Shown: positions 35,976-46,291, counted from the first letter of the stretch. The stretch is DNA of 64,000 bases from Bdellovibrionales bacterium (GCA_965203275.1 OZ241865.1:12822-76821); one strand, 5' to 3'. Numbers and translations are program-made. The notes: generated by a model from the letters alone, not told the origin.

Positions 35976-37157
35976 ATGCAAGTTTTAAGTAGTAAAAGAT
36001 TATTTATTATAGTATTTGTTAATTTTTTTATAGGTGTACAGCCAGTGGATGCTCAAAAACTGGATATGATTATAGACAGTGAATTAAATAACGAAATTAA
36101 CCGGGAGTTAAGATTTAAGTCTTTTCCTATATATCAAGCCAATGAAGAAGTGGTTAATGGTATCCCTTTAAAAGAAGTGGTCCATGGTCAGTGTGGACTC
36201 CATGTCAATACATGTATGAAAGGTCATGTGACGGATGTAAGAGAAATGAATGGCACAAGATGGTCTTGTCAGGGATCAGGCGGTGGTCGTACTGATTTTT
36301 GTTATGTTCCAGAATCAGCTGAAGCTAAAAGAAATCGTAGACTTTCGGATTTGGCAAAAGACATAGACAAAGAAGTCTCTAATAAAATGGAAGATGAAAG
36401 GTTGAAACTTTTAGAAGAACATGGTAGAAAGACTATGGAACGTCTTAATAAAAGACAAAAAGATGCCGATAGAGAAAGAGTAGCGGCTATAAATAATAAA
36501 ATTCTTACAACAACCCGCACGGCTTCACCTAGAATTAACAAAGTAGATGATCAGATCATGGCTTTTTACATTGGAGGTGGAGCAGGTGTGAGGTTCTTTT
36601 CAGGCAATGAAGATGTTGACAATGGTCTTAATGTCAATGCTACTTTAGGAGCTGCATTTTCTCAAAATAAAAACTGGCTATTTGAAACAGGCTTTTCTTA
36701 TTCTGATTTTAAGTTAAGTAATTTTTATTATTATGGAGGAAGAGGAGATAAGCCTATTCAATGTATTGATTGTCGTATAAAAGAATATGCAGCAACTGTG
36801 AATGTAAAACGTCATATTTTCACTGAAACGATCAGACCTTTTGTAGGATTTTCTGGAGTATATAGATACCGTGATTATCAAGAAGATAATATTCTTCGGG
36901 GTGGTTTTGATAGTCGAGATGGATATTATAATGCTTCAGACTCTCACGGGTTTGATATGGGTATCAATGCAGGTGTCGATTTTGCTTTAAACTCACAATT
37001 TATGGTAGGAGCAGAATTTAAGTATATGATTAACCTCGTAAGTGCTTATAAAAAACCATTTTACCCAGTTACGCCACGAGATCGCATGTTCAATGATCAT
37101 CGTGCGGATGATATGAACTACTTTACTTTTGGAGTTAATGCTAAGTTCTTTCTTTAA
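35976..37157 (+). CDS. Outer-membrane beta-barrel protein with an N-terminal four-Cys module and a charged linker
   Basis: Signal peptide ...FFIGVQPVDA. AAGGAG RBS. C-terminal half has alternating beta-strand patterns (FYIGGGAGVRFF..., YFTFGVNAKFFL at the C-terminus). aa 71-109 match the adhesin repeat motif. Confidence 0.7.
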   Translation: MQVLSSKRLFIIVFVNFFIGVQPVDAQKLDMIIDSELNNEINRELRFKSFPIYQANEEVVNGIPLKEVVHGQCGLHVNTCMKGHVTDVREMNGTRWSCQGSGGGRTDFCYVPESAEAKRNRRLSDLAKDIDKEVSNKMEDERLKLLEEHGRKTMERLNKRQKDADRERVAAINNKILTTTRTASPRINKVDDQIMAFYIGGGAGVRFFSGNEDVDNGLNVNATLGAAFSQNKNWLFETGFSYSDFKLSNFYYYGGRGDKPIQCIDCRIKEYAATVNVKRHIFTETIRPFVGFSGVYRYRDYQEDNILRGGFDSRDGYYNASDSHGFDMGINAGVDFALNSQFMVGAEFKYMINLVSAYKKPFYPVTPRDRMFNDHRADDMNYFTFGVNAKFFL

Positions 37158-37574
37158 GCTAACATGAATTTGTATTGCAAGATAATCTTTTGTGTGGTAT
37201 AGGCATTGTTCATTGCTACATTTAAAATATGTACAACTTGACATTGGAATACGTTTTAAATAAAGATTTAGATAGAGCTTTTGAACTACTCAACAGAGAG
37301 CTTTTTTCAATACAAAATACTGAGACTGGTGATGACTACCAACAATTTGAACCATTATATCTCCCTATAATTAAACATATAACTATTGGTCCTGCTATCG
37401 CACCTACAGTAAAAGATTTTTTTAGAAATAGAAGATGAAGTCATTAAATAATATTAATTTAATGACTATCAGTCCTATCAGGTAATAATGTCTAAAAACA
37501 TTAATAAAAGCACAATGCCAACACAACTTGGGTTTTAAAAAATGCTGGTGCCTCGCACCCCTTCTTGATCAATT

Positions 37575-38934
37575 CTGAGTTGATAGCCTGCAAAAATAAA
37601 GTTAAGTAGATTCAGTCTTTAGATATTCTAGCAGAACATAAGGAAGATATAGAAAAAAAACTCTACAATAAAAATAAAGCTCAGATGAATCTTTTTAATC
37701 AATGTAATGTTGTTTTATATGATCTAACCACTTTAAGATTTGAGAGTACAAGAGAAGATTTAGACCACCTTCGAAGATTTGGTTATAGTAAAGAAAAAAG
37801 AAGTGATTGCACACAAGTTGTATTTGGCTTGTTAGTAGATACAGAAGGTATGCCGTTAGGATTTGATGTCTATCCTGGTAATACTTATGAAGGTAAGACA
37901 ATGCCAGAAGCGATCTCAAAGTTAAAAGAGAAGTTTAACATAAGAAGATTTATATTAGTAGGAGATCGTGGATTATTTTCTAATGAAAATCTAAATTTAT
38001 TTAAGGAAGAAGGTCATGAGTTTATAGTAGGATTAAAGTTAGGTTTATTAAAAGATCGTTTTAAGGAGATATATAATCTAAAGAATTTTAAATGGGTTAA
38101 TGATGACTTAGCTATCTATGAGACAGAACACAAAGGTCGTCGTTGTATCATCGGTTGGTCAAGCAAGCGAGCAGAACGAGATAAAAAATTAAGAGAAGAT
38201 ATTTTATCTAAACTGCAAACAAAATTATCTAAAAAGACAATTAATCCCAAAGACTTTATATCTAATATGAATTACAAAAAATACATAAGTCATCCTACTT
38301 CAAAAGACAAGCCTCAATTAAATGAAGATGCAATAAAAGCATCAGAACAACAAGATGGATTTTTTGGAATTATTACAAATGCAAAAAACTTATCCTCTAA
38401 GGAGCTTATATTAAATTATAAACATCTTTGGAAGGTAGAGAAAGCATTTAGAGATATAAAAGGTTTTCTCAAGACTCGTCCGATGTTTCATTGGACAGAC
38501 AAGAGGATATTAGGTCACTTGGTATTATGTTTTATATCATATCTTTGTGAAGCTTATTTAAGCAAGAAGCTTTATGAAAAAGGTATTAAATGTAGAGAAG
38601 AATTAATGACAGGTCAGAATAAACAAGCAAGGCAACTGAGTGTTTCAGAAGCAATGTTAAAGTTAAAAGAAGTCAGAGCAGTGCCTGTCACATTAAAAGA
38701 TAAGACCCTGTGGATGAGAACAGATATCACAGGTCATGCAACAGATGTATTTAAAGCAGTCAAAATACCAGCAAAACAATTAAAAGTAGAATCATCACAA
38801 TCACAATCTTAATTAATCTTAATAGATTGTTCAAAATTCTGCCACAAAAACAAAAACCTAGTGGCACAAAAGCCCTTTCGACTCATAACTTACTGACTTC
38901 GCTCAACTTTATTTTTGCAGGCTATCAAACTCAG
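37575..38934 (+). mobile_element. Compact IS4-superfamily (IS1634-like) insertion sequence, about 1.36 kb, bounded by 29/30-bp imperfect inverted repeats
   Basis: Left end ctgagttgatagcctgcaaaaataaagtt (37575-37603). Right end aactttatttttgcaggctatcaaactcag (38905-38934) is its reverse complement with a 1-nt indel. The repeats enclose the transposase ORF. No clear target-site duplication seen. Confidence 0.6.
37685..38812 (+). CDS. DDE transposase, IS4 superfamily (IS1634-like), short form
   Basis: Candidate catalytic residues in VVLYDLTTLRFES, FILVGDRGLFSNENL and YKHLWKVEKAFRDIKGFLKTRPMFH. An in-frame stop at 37607 precludes a longer N-terminus. Confidence 0.8.
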   Translation: MNLFNQCNVVLYDLTTLRFESTREDLDHLRRFGYSKEKRSDCTQVVFGLLVDTEGMPLGFDVYPGNTYEGKTMPEAISKLKEKFNIRRFILVGDRGLFSNENLNLFKEEGHEFIVGLKLGLLKDRFKEIYNLKNFKWVNDDLAIYETEHKGRRCIIGWSSKRAERDKKLREDILSKLQTKLSKKTINPKDFISNMNYKKYISHPTSKDKPQLNEDAIKASEQQDGFFGIITNAKNLSSKELILNYKHLWKVEKAFRDIKGFLKTRPMFHWTDKRILGHLVLCFISYLCEAYLSKKLYEKGIKCREELMTGQNKQARQLSVSEAMLKLKEVRAVPVTLKDKTLWMRTDITGHATDVFKAVKIPAKQLKVESSQSQS

Positions 38935-39054
38935 GAAGATTTAAAAAACTCTTTGCCTATTTCTGAAATAGATACTCTTAAATCAGAACATATATTAAGA
39001 TGGATAGAATCCCTTAATGATAAAGCAAAGGAATAAAGAATAGATTTTTTTGAA

Positions 39055-39140
39055 GTCTTTTGTTTCCCTAAAATTGAAGTGGCCAGAGGTCCGTTTACTT
39101 TTAGTGAAAGAGAACCAGTGCAGTTTGAGTGAAACATTAA
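39055..39140 (-). repeat. Family-A arm and tail fragments abutting the sulfatase-family gene stop
   Basis: tttccctaaaattgaag, ggccagaggtcc, gtttacttttagtgaaa, cagtttgagtgaaacattaagg. Confidence 0.7.
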
Positions 39141-41137
39141 GGAAGTGATGCCGAGGAAGATATCCAGTCATCTAACCCTGTAAAATAAGTATAAAATTCT
39201 TGTTCTAATTGGGATTGGATATGAGGATCGTTTATTTTAATTTTTGTTTGAAATTTTTTTATCTGAAACACTTGTGTATTTCTTAAAGCTTTCTTGTATT
39301 CTAAAAGATAAGAGCCTTTTCTATACCAATAGTAATGACTGTCTGAAAAAAGTGCTATACCTTCTTCATCATTTAATAAATTTCTGCCTATAAAAGAATA
39401 CCATCCCTCATAACCTATCATATAAAGAAGAGTCGAAGAAACATCTTGATGAGAACCCACTTTTGAAATCTCTCCTTTTTTTGTTAGCCCCCTTTGATCT
39501 AAAATAATCAAAGGGACTTGTAGAGATTGCAAGGTATTAGCTTGATATGTGATAGGATTCCATGATCTATGATCTCCCGTGAGAACTATGATAAGATTAT
39601 CACCTAAAAGGGCAGAAATATCTTTAACAAAATTTTCTACAAGCCAATTCGTATAACATAATCCCTTTTGAAGATCTTGAGAATAAATAGATTGAGGATT
39701 AAGTTGACAAAACTCATCAAATGCAAATTGTTGAAATAGAGAATCTGAAGATGAGTTGATCACATCTCCAAAATGGAGTGAATTAAAAATCATCTTTACA
39801 AAAAGAGGCCCCTTCTGATGATGTCTTTGTATTTCATCTAAAGTACTACTGATCAGCTTTCTATCGTCTATTTGAATGACTCCTCTTAAAGAATGAGAAG
39901 AAAAATATTTAGGTACAATCACTTTATCTCCACCATATTCTAAAAAGTAAGGCTCCATATTATATAAACCAGATCCTACAGCTAACAAAGAGGTGTAACC
40001 CATTGGTTTAAGTAATTGCATGAGAGACTTTTTATTCAAACTATTGTCAGGTTGAAAATGATAACCATCAATCATGGGAAAACCCATGAGCAGAGAAAGA
40101 AGTGCATTGAAACTGCATTGCCAATGAAAATAAAAGTTTTTAAAGGATAAACCCTCCCGAGCCATTTGATTTAAATAAGGAAGAAACGAATCCTCCTCTG
40201 GAGTGCTTTCTAAAAATTTTGCAGAAAGAGAATCAATACTGACCAAAACAATATGAGGTTTTGTTTGAAGTTTTGTTTGAGGGTTTTTAAACTGTCTGAC
40301 TATATTGTTCTCGTTTAAAAGTTCTGTGTGACGACTTTTTATAATATCTTGAAATGTTTCTGAAACATCAGGGTCAGTGTTGAGTCCTAAATTTATTTTA
40401 TTACTAAGAAATAAATAGGAACTTAAGTTATAAAAAGCATTTTTAGCTACCACTTGATAGAAGGTTTTCTGAAAAGGACGATGAATAATATCATTTAAAG
40501 TGATCAAAGGTTGTAAATAAATAAAACTAGTTAAAAAAAGTAACAAAACATGAAAAAAGGCGATTTGATAATATTGAGTATTATTTAAGTGATGAATAAG
40601 TGGCTTTTTTAAAAAATAATGCCCAGAAATCAAATGGTAAAGTGTGACTAAGGAAATACTCCATCTTGTGAAAAAATAGGCAAATACAATAACTGAGGGA
40701 AGTAAAAAGATCACAAAAGGAAACTTATGATAAATAGATAAAAAAATAGGGATAGTAGAAGAGATATCTAAAAATTGTCCAAAGGCGTATGCATGAGTAC
40801 GATCATAATAAATTTGAAAAAAAACAATATCTACAAAAGACAACATAATGAATAGAAAAATCACAAAGGTCATATAAGCAGTCTTAAGTCTGTGAAAAAC
40901 AGATGATTTGAAAATAAATGATAAACAAGTTGGCATAAATAAAATAGATAAAACACTACTGTCTATCATCAAGCCAATGATAAAAACTTTTAGAATTTGC
41001 CAGTCAAAAGGGATAAAGCTTCCATTAATAAATAAAAATAAGGCTCTTAGAAAAAATCCTAAAAAGAGAGTCAAAGCAAAGGTTGTTAGGATATTAGAAG
41101 ATAAATCATCTTGTTTGCTCATAAGACTTTTGCTCAT
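39137..41137 (-). CDS. Membrane-anchored sulfatase-superfamily enzyme (LtaS/MdoB-type phosphoglycerol or phosphoethanolamine transferase-like)
   Basis: About 5 N-terminal TM helices, then HIVLVSIDSLSAKFL and VLTGDHRS, typical of the alkaline-phosphatase/sulfatase fold. Confidence 0.75.
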   Translation of the reverse strand: MSKSLMSKQDDLSSNILTTFALTLFLGFFLRALFLFINGSFIPFDWQILKVFIIGLMIDSSVLSILFMPTCLSFIFKSSVFHRLKTAYMTFVIFLFIMLSFVDIVFFQIYYDRTHAYAFGQFLDISSTIPIFLSIYHKFPFVIFLLPSVIVFAYFFTRWSISLVTLYHLISGHYFLKKPLIHHLNNTQYYQIAFFHVLLLFLTSFIYLQPLITLNDIIHRPFQKTFYQVVAKNAFYNLSSYLFLSNKINLGLNTDPDVSETFQDIIKSRHTELLNENNIVRQFKNPQTKLQTKPHIVLVSIDSLSAKFLESTPEEDSFLPYLNQMAREGLSFKNFYFHWQCSFNALLSLLMGFPMIDGYHFQPDNSLNKKSLMQLLKPMGYTSLLAVGSGLYNMEPYFLEYGGDKVIVPKYFSSHSLRGVIQIDDRKLISSTLDEIQRHHQKGPLFVKMIFNSLHFGDVINSSSDSLFQQFAFDEFCQLNPQSIYSQDLQKGLCYTNWLVENFVKDISALLGDNLIIVLTGDHRSWNPITYQANTLQSLQVPLIILDQRGLTKKGEISKVGSHQDVSSTLLYMIGYEGWYSFIGRNLLNDEEGIALFSDSHYYWYRKGSYLLEYKKALRNTQVFQIKKFQTKIKINDPHIQSQLEQEFYTYFTGLDDWISSSASLP

Positions 41138-41257
41138 AATGAGTTACCTTTTTGTTGGTAGTTTGTTTGTAGTTTTTGAAACTATAAGAATGTATTGAAA
41201 TATATCCTATTTAAATGAGATAGAGTACAAATAAGATAATCTCTTGTCAAGGCTATT

Positions 41258-41540
41258 TGGACCTTTTATTATCTAATTTCGGTGATCTTCGTCTACCCGT
41301 ACGTACCTCTCTCAGAGATACGTGAACTGTTTCCCTCAAAATTTCCCTTCCTTGAATATTCTATTTCTAATTTCTTACATTCACCAGGTCAAGCCCCTTT
41401 CAGAGAACCGGAAGGTCAATTTTGAGGCGATCGGCTAGAATCTCAATGCATAACATCCTACATATATGCTCTTTGTTGTATATATTATTCTCACTTCATT
41501 ATCTGGACCTTTTATTATCTAATTTCGGTGATCTTCGTCT
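41258..41540 (-). repeat. Family-B repeat: one diverged unit bounded by a 37-bp direct repeat (tggaccttttattatctaatttcggtgatcttcgtct)
   Basis: The reverse complement aligns with the 229-bp tandem units at 61091-61567 (core about 85% identical by eye). The terminal 37-mer occurs at 41258-41294 and 41504-41540. Confidence 0.85.
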
Positions 41541-42262
41541 TTTTCACTAAAAGTAAACTGACCTCTGGTCACTTTTGGGTAGCCAGCCCGACGGCTACCG
41601 CCGTCGATCAAAGGCTGGCAACCTCAAAAGTCCGTTTACTTTTAGTAGGGGAGGATCCTCTCGTCTCTTGACCACATGTTAAGGAAAAATTTCTTTCTTA
41701 TACCTGTTGCCTGCAAAGGCTTTCGCCTTTGACAAAATGGTCATTGCCTCAAAAGCCTGACCACTTTTAGTAGGAAGGATCCTCTCGTCTCTTTACACGA
41801 TGTTAGGGAAAAAGTTCCTTTTGTTTCACTAAAAGTGGTCTAGCCTCTGTTTCACTCAAAGTGAACTGGCCTCTGGTCACTTTCTGGTGATGACCACGAT
41901 GGCTTTCGCCATCGATAAAATGGTCATCACCTAGAAAGATTGACCACTTTTAGTAGGGAGGAAACCTTCGTTTTTTAACACGATGTTAAGGAAAAAGAGT
42001 TCTTTCTGATGCCTGACTGCCGGATCCCAGATCCCGGATTGTTTCACTAAAAGTAAACTAGCCTCTGGCTACTTTTGGGCATTGCTCTGACAGCTATCGC
42101 TGTCTAAAAAGAGCAATGCCTCAAAAGTCCGTTTACTTTTAGTAAGGAGGATCCATTCATTTTCTGACACGATGTTAAGGAAACAAGATATTCAGCCCCG
42201 GGATCAGGCAATCCGGCAAGCAGGCATCCGGGTTCCGGGACCTGATCCCGGATACTGGATAA
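41541..42262 (+). repeat. Family-A repeat cluster: 3 complete and 1 partial (+) unit with 2 heptamer tracts
   Basis: Units at about 41543-41690, 41850-41995 and 42040-42185. Partial unit at 41700-41815. Heptamer tracts at about 42008-42040 and 42195-42262. Confidence 0.9.
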
Positions 42263-42425
42263 ACACCATGTATAGTATAATTTCAAAATCATTATTTAAA
42301 ATACAAAGTAAGATTTTATAAAAGGTCTAGTACTCCAATGGAATAAAGCCGAAAAGGTACAATGTTTTTAGATAGATAAAGGCTTATAAAGAATTTAAGT
42401 TTTTAATTTTTACTTTTTTGAAGGC

Positions 42426-42454
42426 TTGACTTTATAAAAAAATAAGGGCATATT
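42426..42454 (+). promoter_or_regulatory. Candidate sigma70-type promoter upstream of pcnB
   Basis: TTGACT (42426-42431), 17-nt spacer, CATATT (42449-42454). ATG at 42467. Confidence 0.35.
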
Positions 42455-42466
42455 TAAATAGTTATT

Positions 42467-43675
42467 ATGCAAGGTAAACCTCAATTAAGTGTCAAATGGA
42501 TTGATCCGAAAGCTTTAGATATCATCAAACGGCTTCAAAAAAAAGGCTATCCAACATATTTTGTAGGAGGATGTGTTAGGGATTTGCTTTTAGGCATTGA
42601 ACCTAAAGACTTTGATATTGTCACATCGGCTCATCCTCGCCAAATCTGCAATATTATTCCAAACAGTCATGTGATTGGTCGACGGTTTTGTTTAGTTTTA
42701 GTCAAAAGAGGACAGGATCAATTTGAAGTGTCAACATTTCGCAGAAATGCTTCTGAAAATCAGAATAAACCTGAAGGTCAATCAAAGATAATTTTGAGAG
42801 ACAATCTCTTTGGAACACCTATTGAGGATGCAAACCGGAGAGATTTTACAATCAATGGTCTTTTTTATGATCCTTTCAAAGATCAGCTTATTGATCACTG
42901 TGATGGATTGAAGGATATTCGATCAAGAGTGATCCGTATGATTGGTGATCCTTATGTACGGATACCAGAAGATCCTATTCGTATTTTAAGATCTTTGCGT
43001 TTAGCTCATAAATTACAATTTTCCATTAATCCCATTTTGCGCAAGGCTATCTCTGCATTGTCTCAAGATATTGCTTTATCTGCTTTGCCGAGGATGCGTG
43101 AGGAGATGCTTAAAATCTTAAGGCTACAAAATCCTATATTAGCTCTTCAAGAAATTTATGATCTACAAGTGATGAAATATGCATGGCCTCAATTGCATCA
43201 AATTTTAGAATCTCAGCAATCAAGACATATTTTTTGGCATTATTTTCAATGTATTTCTGAAATGAAGCAACATGATCAAAATCAAAAAGCTTATAAAAAT
43301 TCACAAAAGGCAAGCTCTTTAGAACTTTTTGCTTTACTCACTTTGAGTTTATTTGTGGCTCAAAATATTTATGATCCTCTCAAGGTTGTTCCTGCTGGTA
43401 CTTATTTAGAGAACACAGAATTTAAGAGACCAATGAAAGAAGAATGGGGTATGTTTGGTTGGGAGATCACAGAAGTTTTAAGAGGTTTAGAAATTTTACC
43501 TTCACTGAAGGATAAATACAAAGTGTTTAAAAAGTGGCGAAAAACAAGGCAGAGAAATTTTTTAAGGCAAAAAGGTTTTGCTGTAGCACTTTATTTAGCT
43601 GCCGTAGAGCAGACAATACCTTATTGGGATATTTTGTCATGGACAAAAGCCTGTCAAAAATACTTATTAAAATAA
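42467..43675 (+). CDS. pcnB: Poly(A) polymerase I / tRNA nucleotidyltransferase family (PcnB-like)
   Basis: YFVGGCVRDLLLGIEPKDFDIVT, VIGRRFCLVLV, FEVSTFRRN, RRDFTINGLFYD. Confidence 0.8.
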   Translation: MQGKPQLSVKWIDPKALDIIKRLQKKGYPTYFVGGCVRDLLLGIEPKDFDIVTSAHPRQICNIIPNSHVIGRRFCLVLVKRGQDQFEVSTFRRNASENQNKPEGQSKIILRDNLFGTPIEDANRRDFTINGLFYDPFKDQLIDHCDGLKDIRSRVIRMIGDPYVRIPEDPIRILRSLRLAHKLQFSINPILRKAISALSQDIALSALPRMREEMLKILRLQNPILALQEIYDLQVMKYAWPQLHQILESQQSRHIFWHYFQCISEMKQHDQNQKAYKNSQKASSLELFALLTLSLFVAQNIYDPLKVVPAGTYLENTEFKRPMKEEWGMFGWEITEVLRGLEILPSLKDKYKVFKKWRKTRQRNFLRQKGFAVALYLAAVEQTIPYWDILSWTKACQKYLLK

Positions 43676-43679
43676 GCGT

Positions 43680-44085
43680 TCATTTCACTAAAAGTGGTCT
43701 AGCCTCTGTTTCCCTAAAATTGAACTAGCCTCTGGCTACTTTTGGGTAGCCAGCCCGACGACTTTCGTCGTCGATCAAAGGCTGGCTACCTCAAAAGCTT
43801 GTTCAATTTTAGGAAGAAGGATCTCCTTGTCTCTTAACACCATGTTAAGGAAACAAAATGCCTTTAAAATTATATTAAAAGAGCAATGTCTCAAAAGTCC
43901 GTTTACTTTTAGTAGGAAGAATCCTCTCGTCTCTTTACACGATGTTAAGGAAACAAATCTTTCTGATGCCTGACTGCCGGATCCCAGATCCCGGATTGGT
44001 TCACTAAAAGTAGCCAGAGGCTAGTTCAATTTTAGGGAAACAGAGGCATGGCTCATTTTGAGTGAAATGTTAAGGAAAAATTCCT
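43680..44085. repeat. Family-A repeat cluster: 1 complete unit, 1 partial unit, a heptamer tract and reversed arm fragments
   Basis: Unit at about 43715-43855 with apex cgacgac-tttc-gtcgtcg. Heptamer tract at about 43968-44000. Confidence 0.9.
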
Positions 44086-44195
44086 TCTATCAGTTTCCCT
44101 TCTTTGAATTTTTGATTTTATAACATCGTAATATCTAAAAAAACTTACTTAAGGATGTTCCTATTCGCTTTTTTTACTTAATTTTTAAAAAGTGC

Positions 44196-44224
44196 TTGAC
44201 TTTGGCCACTAAATAAGATATATT
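44196..44224 (+). promoter_or_regulatory. Candidate sigma70-type promoter upstream of the ankyrin gene
   Basis: TTGACT (44196-44201), 17-nt spacer, TATATT (44219-44224). Confidence 0.4.
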
Positions 44225-44351
44225 TACAAAAATTATCAAGGTTTATTTCTAAAACATAGAAAAAGCCCTTTTAATCAAGGCTTTAACCTTGTATGTACTT
44301 TATTGTTATTGAACTTAAAAATTTAAACCAATTTAAAAGGAGTAACAAACA

Positions 44352-45245
44352 ATGAGAAATATATTTATATTTTTATTTTTGTCCATGGTTGTATGTCAAA
44401 ATGTTGAAGGAACACAACTTTATTTTCATCGATCTGAACCTCTAAATATCCATACGGATTTAATACATGCTAGTAAAGATGGCGATATAGAGGCTGTAAG
44501 GAAATATCTAGAACAAGGTGCTAACGTCAATTATCAAAGTCATTATGGCTGGACGGCTTTAATGTGGGCTGGTAAACAAGGCCATATAGAGGTTGTAAGG
44601 GCATTACTAGAGGCCGGATCTAACGTCGATCTTCAAGATAGAGATGACGCGACGGCTTTAATGTATACTAGTACTAGAGGCCATATAGAGATTGTAAGGG
44701 CATTGCTAGCGGCCGGTGCGGACGTCAATATTCAAAGAAAAATTGGCAGGCACTATTTTGGCAATAGGACTTTAAATGGCGGTACGGCTTTAACTAATGC
44801 TAGTCGTGGATGCCATATTGAAGCTGTAAGGGCATTGCTAGCGGCCGGTGCTAAGGTCAATATGCCAGACCAAAAAGGCAAGACGGCTTTATGGTTTGCT
44901 AATAGGAATGGCTGTGTTGATATTGTAAGGACATTGCTAGAGGCCGGAGCTAACGGCGATATGGCTTTAATTTATGCTAGTCGTGAGGGATTTTTGCAGT
45001 CTGTAATGGCATTGCTAGCGGCCGGTGCGGACGTCGATCTTCAAACATCTAATGGCTATACGGCTTTAATGTATGCTAGTTTTGAAGACCATATTGAGAT
45101 TGTAAGGGCATTACTAGAGGCCGGAGCTAACGTCGATCTTGAAGACAAACTTGGATTTAGTATCTTAGACCATGAGAGAGTACTTTCAGAAGATGTGAAA
45201 AGGCTCTTAAGAGAGTCGACGTTCCAACACCCACCATTTCTTTAA
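44352..45245 (+). CDS. Secreted ankyrin-repeat protein (about 7 ANK repeats)
   Basis: Signal-like MRNIFIFLFLSMVVCQNVEG. Repeats of the form GWTALMWAGKQGHIEVVRALLEAGSNVDLQDRDD. AAGGAG RBS. Confidence 0.9.
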   Translation: MRNIFIFLFLSMVVCQNVEGTQLYFHRSEPLNIHTDLIHASKDGDIEAVRKYLEQGANVNYQSHYGWTALMWAGKQGHIEVVRALLEAGSNVDLQDRDDATALMYTSTRGHIEIVRALLAAGADVNIQRKIGRHYFGNRTLNGGTALTNASRGCHIEAVRALLAAGAKVNMPDQKGKTALWFANRNGCVDIVRTLLEAGANGDMALIYASREGFLQSVMALLAAGADVDLQTSNGYTALMYASFEDHIEIVRALLEAGANVDLEDKLGFSILDHERVLSEDVKRLLRESTFQHPPFL

Positions 45246-45891
45246 TTTCAGAAGATGTGAAAAGACTCTTAAGAGAGGCGACACAATAACTATCTATTTA
45301 ATAAGAATATACGGGCCGTAGCAATCGGCCTTTATGCTCTTTTCAAGCCGGTCTTTTTATAATTCACAAGGAAGTTTATCATCCTATTTATCTGAAAAAA
45401 GGCTATAGAACTTAAATATATAAGTAGAATTTATCAAAATTGGCAGTTTGGTGATGCTATCACGCCCCCTGGCAGGCCCTAACTATAACCCGTGCTTATA
45501 AACTACTTTAGAACATCCTGACAATTATAATTGAAGTTTATATTCGTAGGCTTGTCTTCAATCTTTGACTCAATCTTGTTTAGCTTGCAATTTGTCAGAC
45601 TCCAAAACATTAAAGGAATAAAAAAACATTTACAAACTTTCCAAACGTTCACTTTCTTTAAGAAATTCTTAGTATTTTTAAAATTCAAACTTAATCTCGA
45701 TTTATTTTCTTTACTAAAACTCAAACTCACATTCAAATTCAGCTTCAAAGTTAATTTATCTTTTCTATCTAAAATCAAAATATTCTTTACTCCTCATTAA
45801 GTAATCATTGTTAAAATGTATATTTCCCTCCGTAGGAGGTTATTTAACTCAAATTTATACACTTGTCAACAAAAAAATGAATTTTTCAAAT

Positions 45892-45916
45892 AAAAAAAAG
45901 GACCACAAGTGGTCCC
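45892..45916 (-). terminator. Rho-independent terminator candidate downstream of the 108-aa gene
   Basis: The minus strand reads gggaccacttgtggtcc followed by T8, about 50 nt after the stop at 45965. Confidence 0.5.
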
Positions 45917-45964
45917 TTCCTAGTATCATGGAAAACTTCAATTTTCATATCCACTTAAGATTGC

Positions 45965-46291
45965 TTATCTTCTCGTAAGGACGTCAATAATCTTTTCTAT
46001 ATTCCCTTTTATTTCATTAATCTCATTCTTTAATTCATTAATATCTGCCTTGAGTTCCGTCCTTACGTTTTCAATCTTTGTAGGTATATGGTTGTTTACT
46101 TGCTTTTTAATGTCTTCCATGTCTTTTTTTGTAGAAATAGCTTGTTCCTTAACAAAATCCACTTCTGCTTTGATAGGTTTATTTAGAACATTATTTATCA
46201 TAATTAAACTACCTACAACACTAAAAACGCCAATTATAAAGATACCTATAAGAATACCTATTATTGGTAGGGTTTCATATACTAATTCCAT
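45965..46291 (-). CDS. Small membrane-anchored coiled-coil protein, function unknown
   Basis: 108 aa. One TM (LPIIGILIGIFIIGVFSVVGSLIMI), then heptad-like charged helix. Followed by a terminator hairpin. Confidence 0.55.
   Translation of the reverse strand: MELVYETLPIIGILIGIFIIGVFSVVGSLIMINNVLNKPIKAEVDFVKEQAISTKKDMEDIKKQVNNHIPTKIENVRTELKADINELKNEINEIKGNIEKIIDVLTRR

Noticed and set aside
38827-39036. 69-aa ORF downstream of the transposase, and the 69-aa ORF at 37229-37438 upstream.
   Set aside because: The first runs across the right inverted repeat of the IS into flanking DNA. The second has no RBS or recognisable similarity, and I could not connect it to the missing transposase N-terminus.
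45503-45800. Overlapping 89-91-aa ORFs on both strands in an extremely AT-rich stretch.
   Set aside because: The peptides are low-complexity (K/L/N/F-rich), the two ORFs are mutually antisense, and no start signals are present. Treated as intergenic AT-rich DNA.
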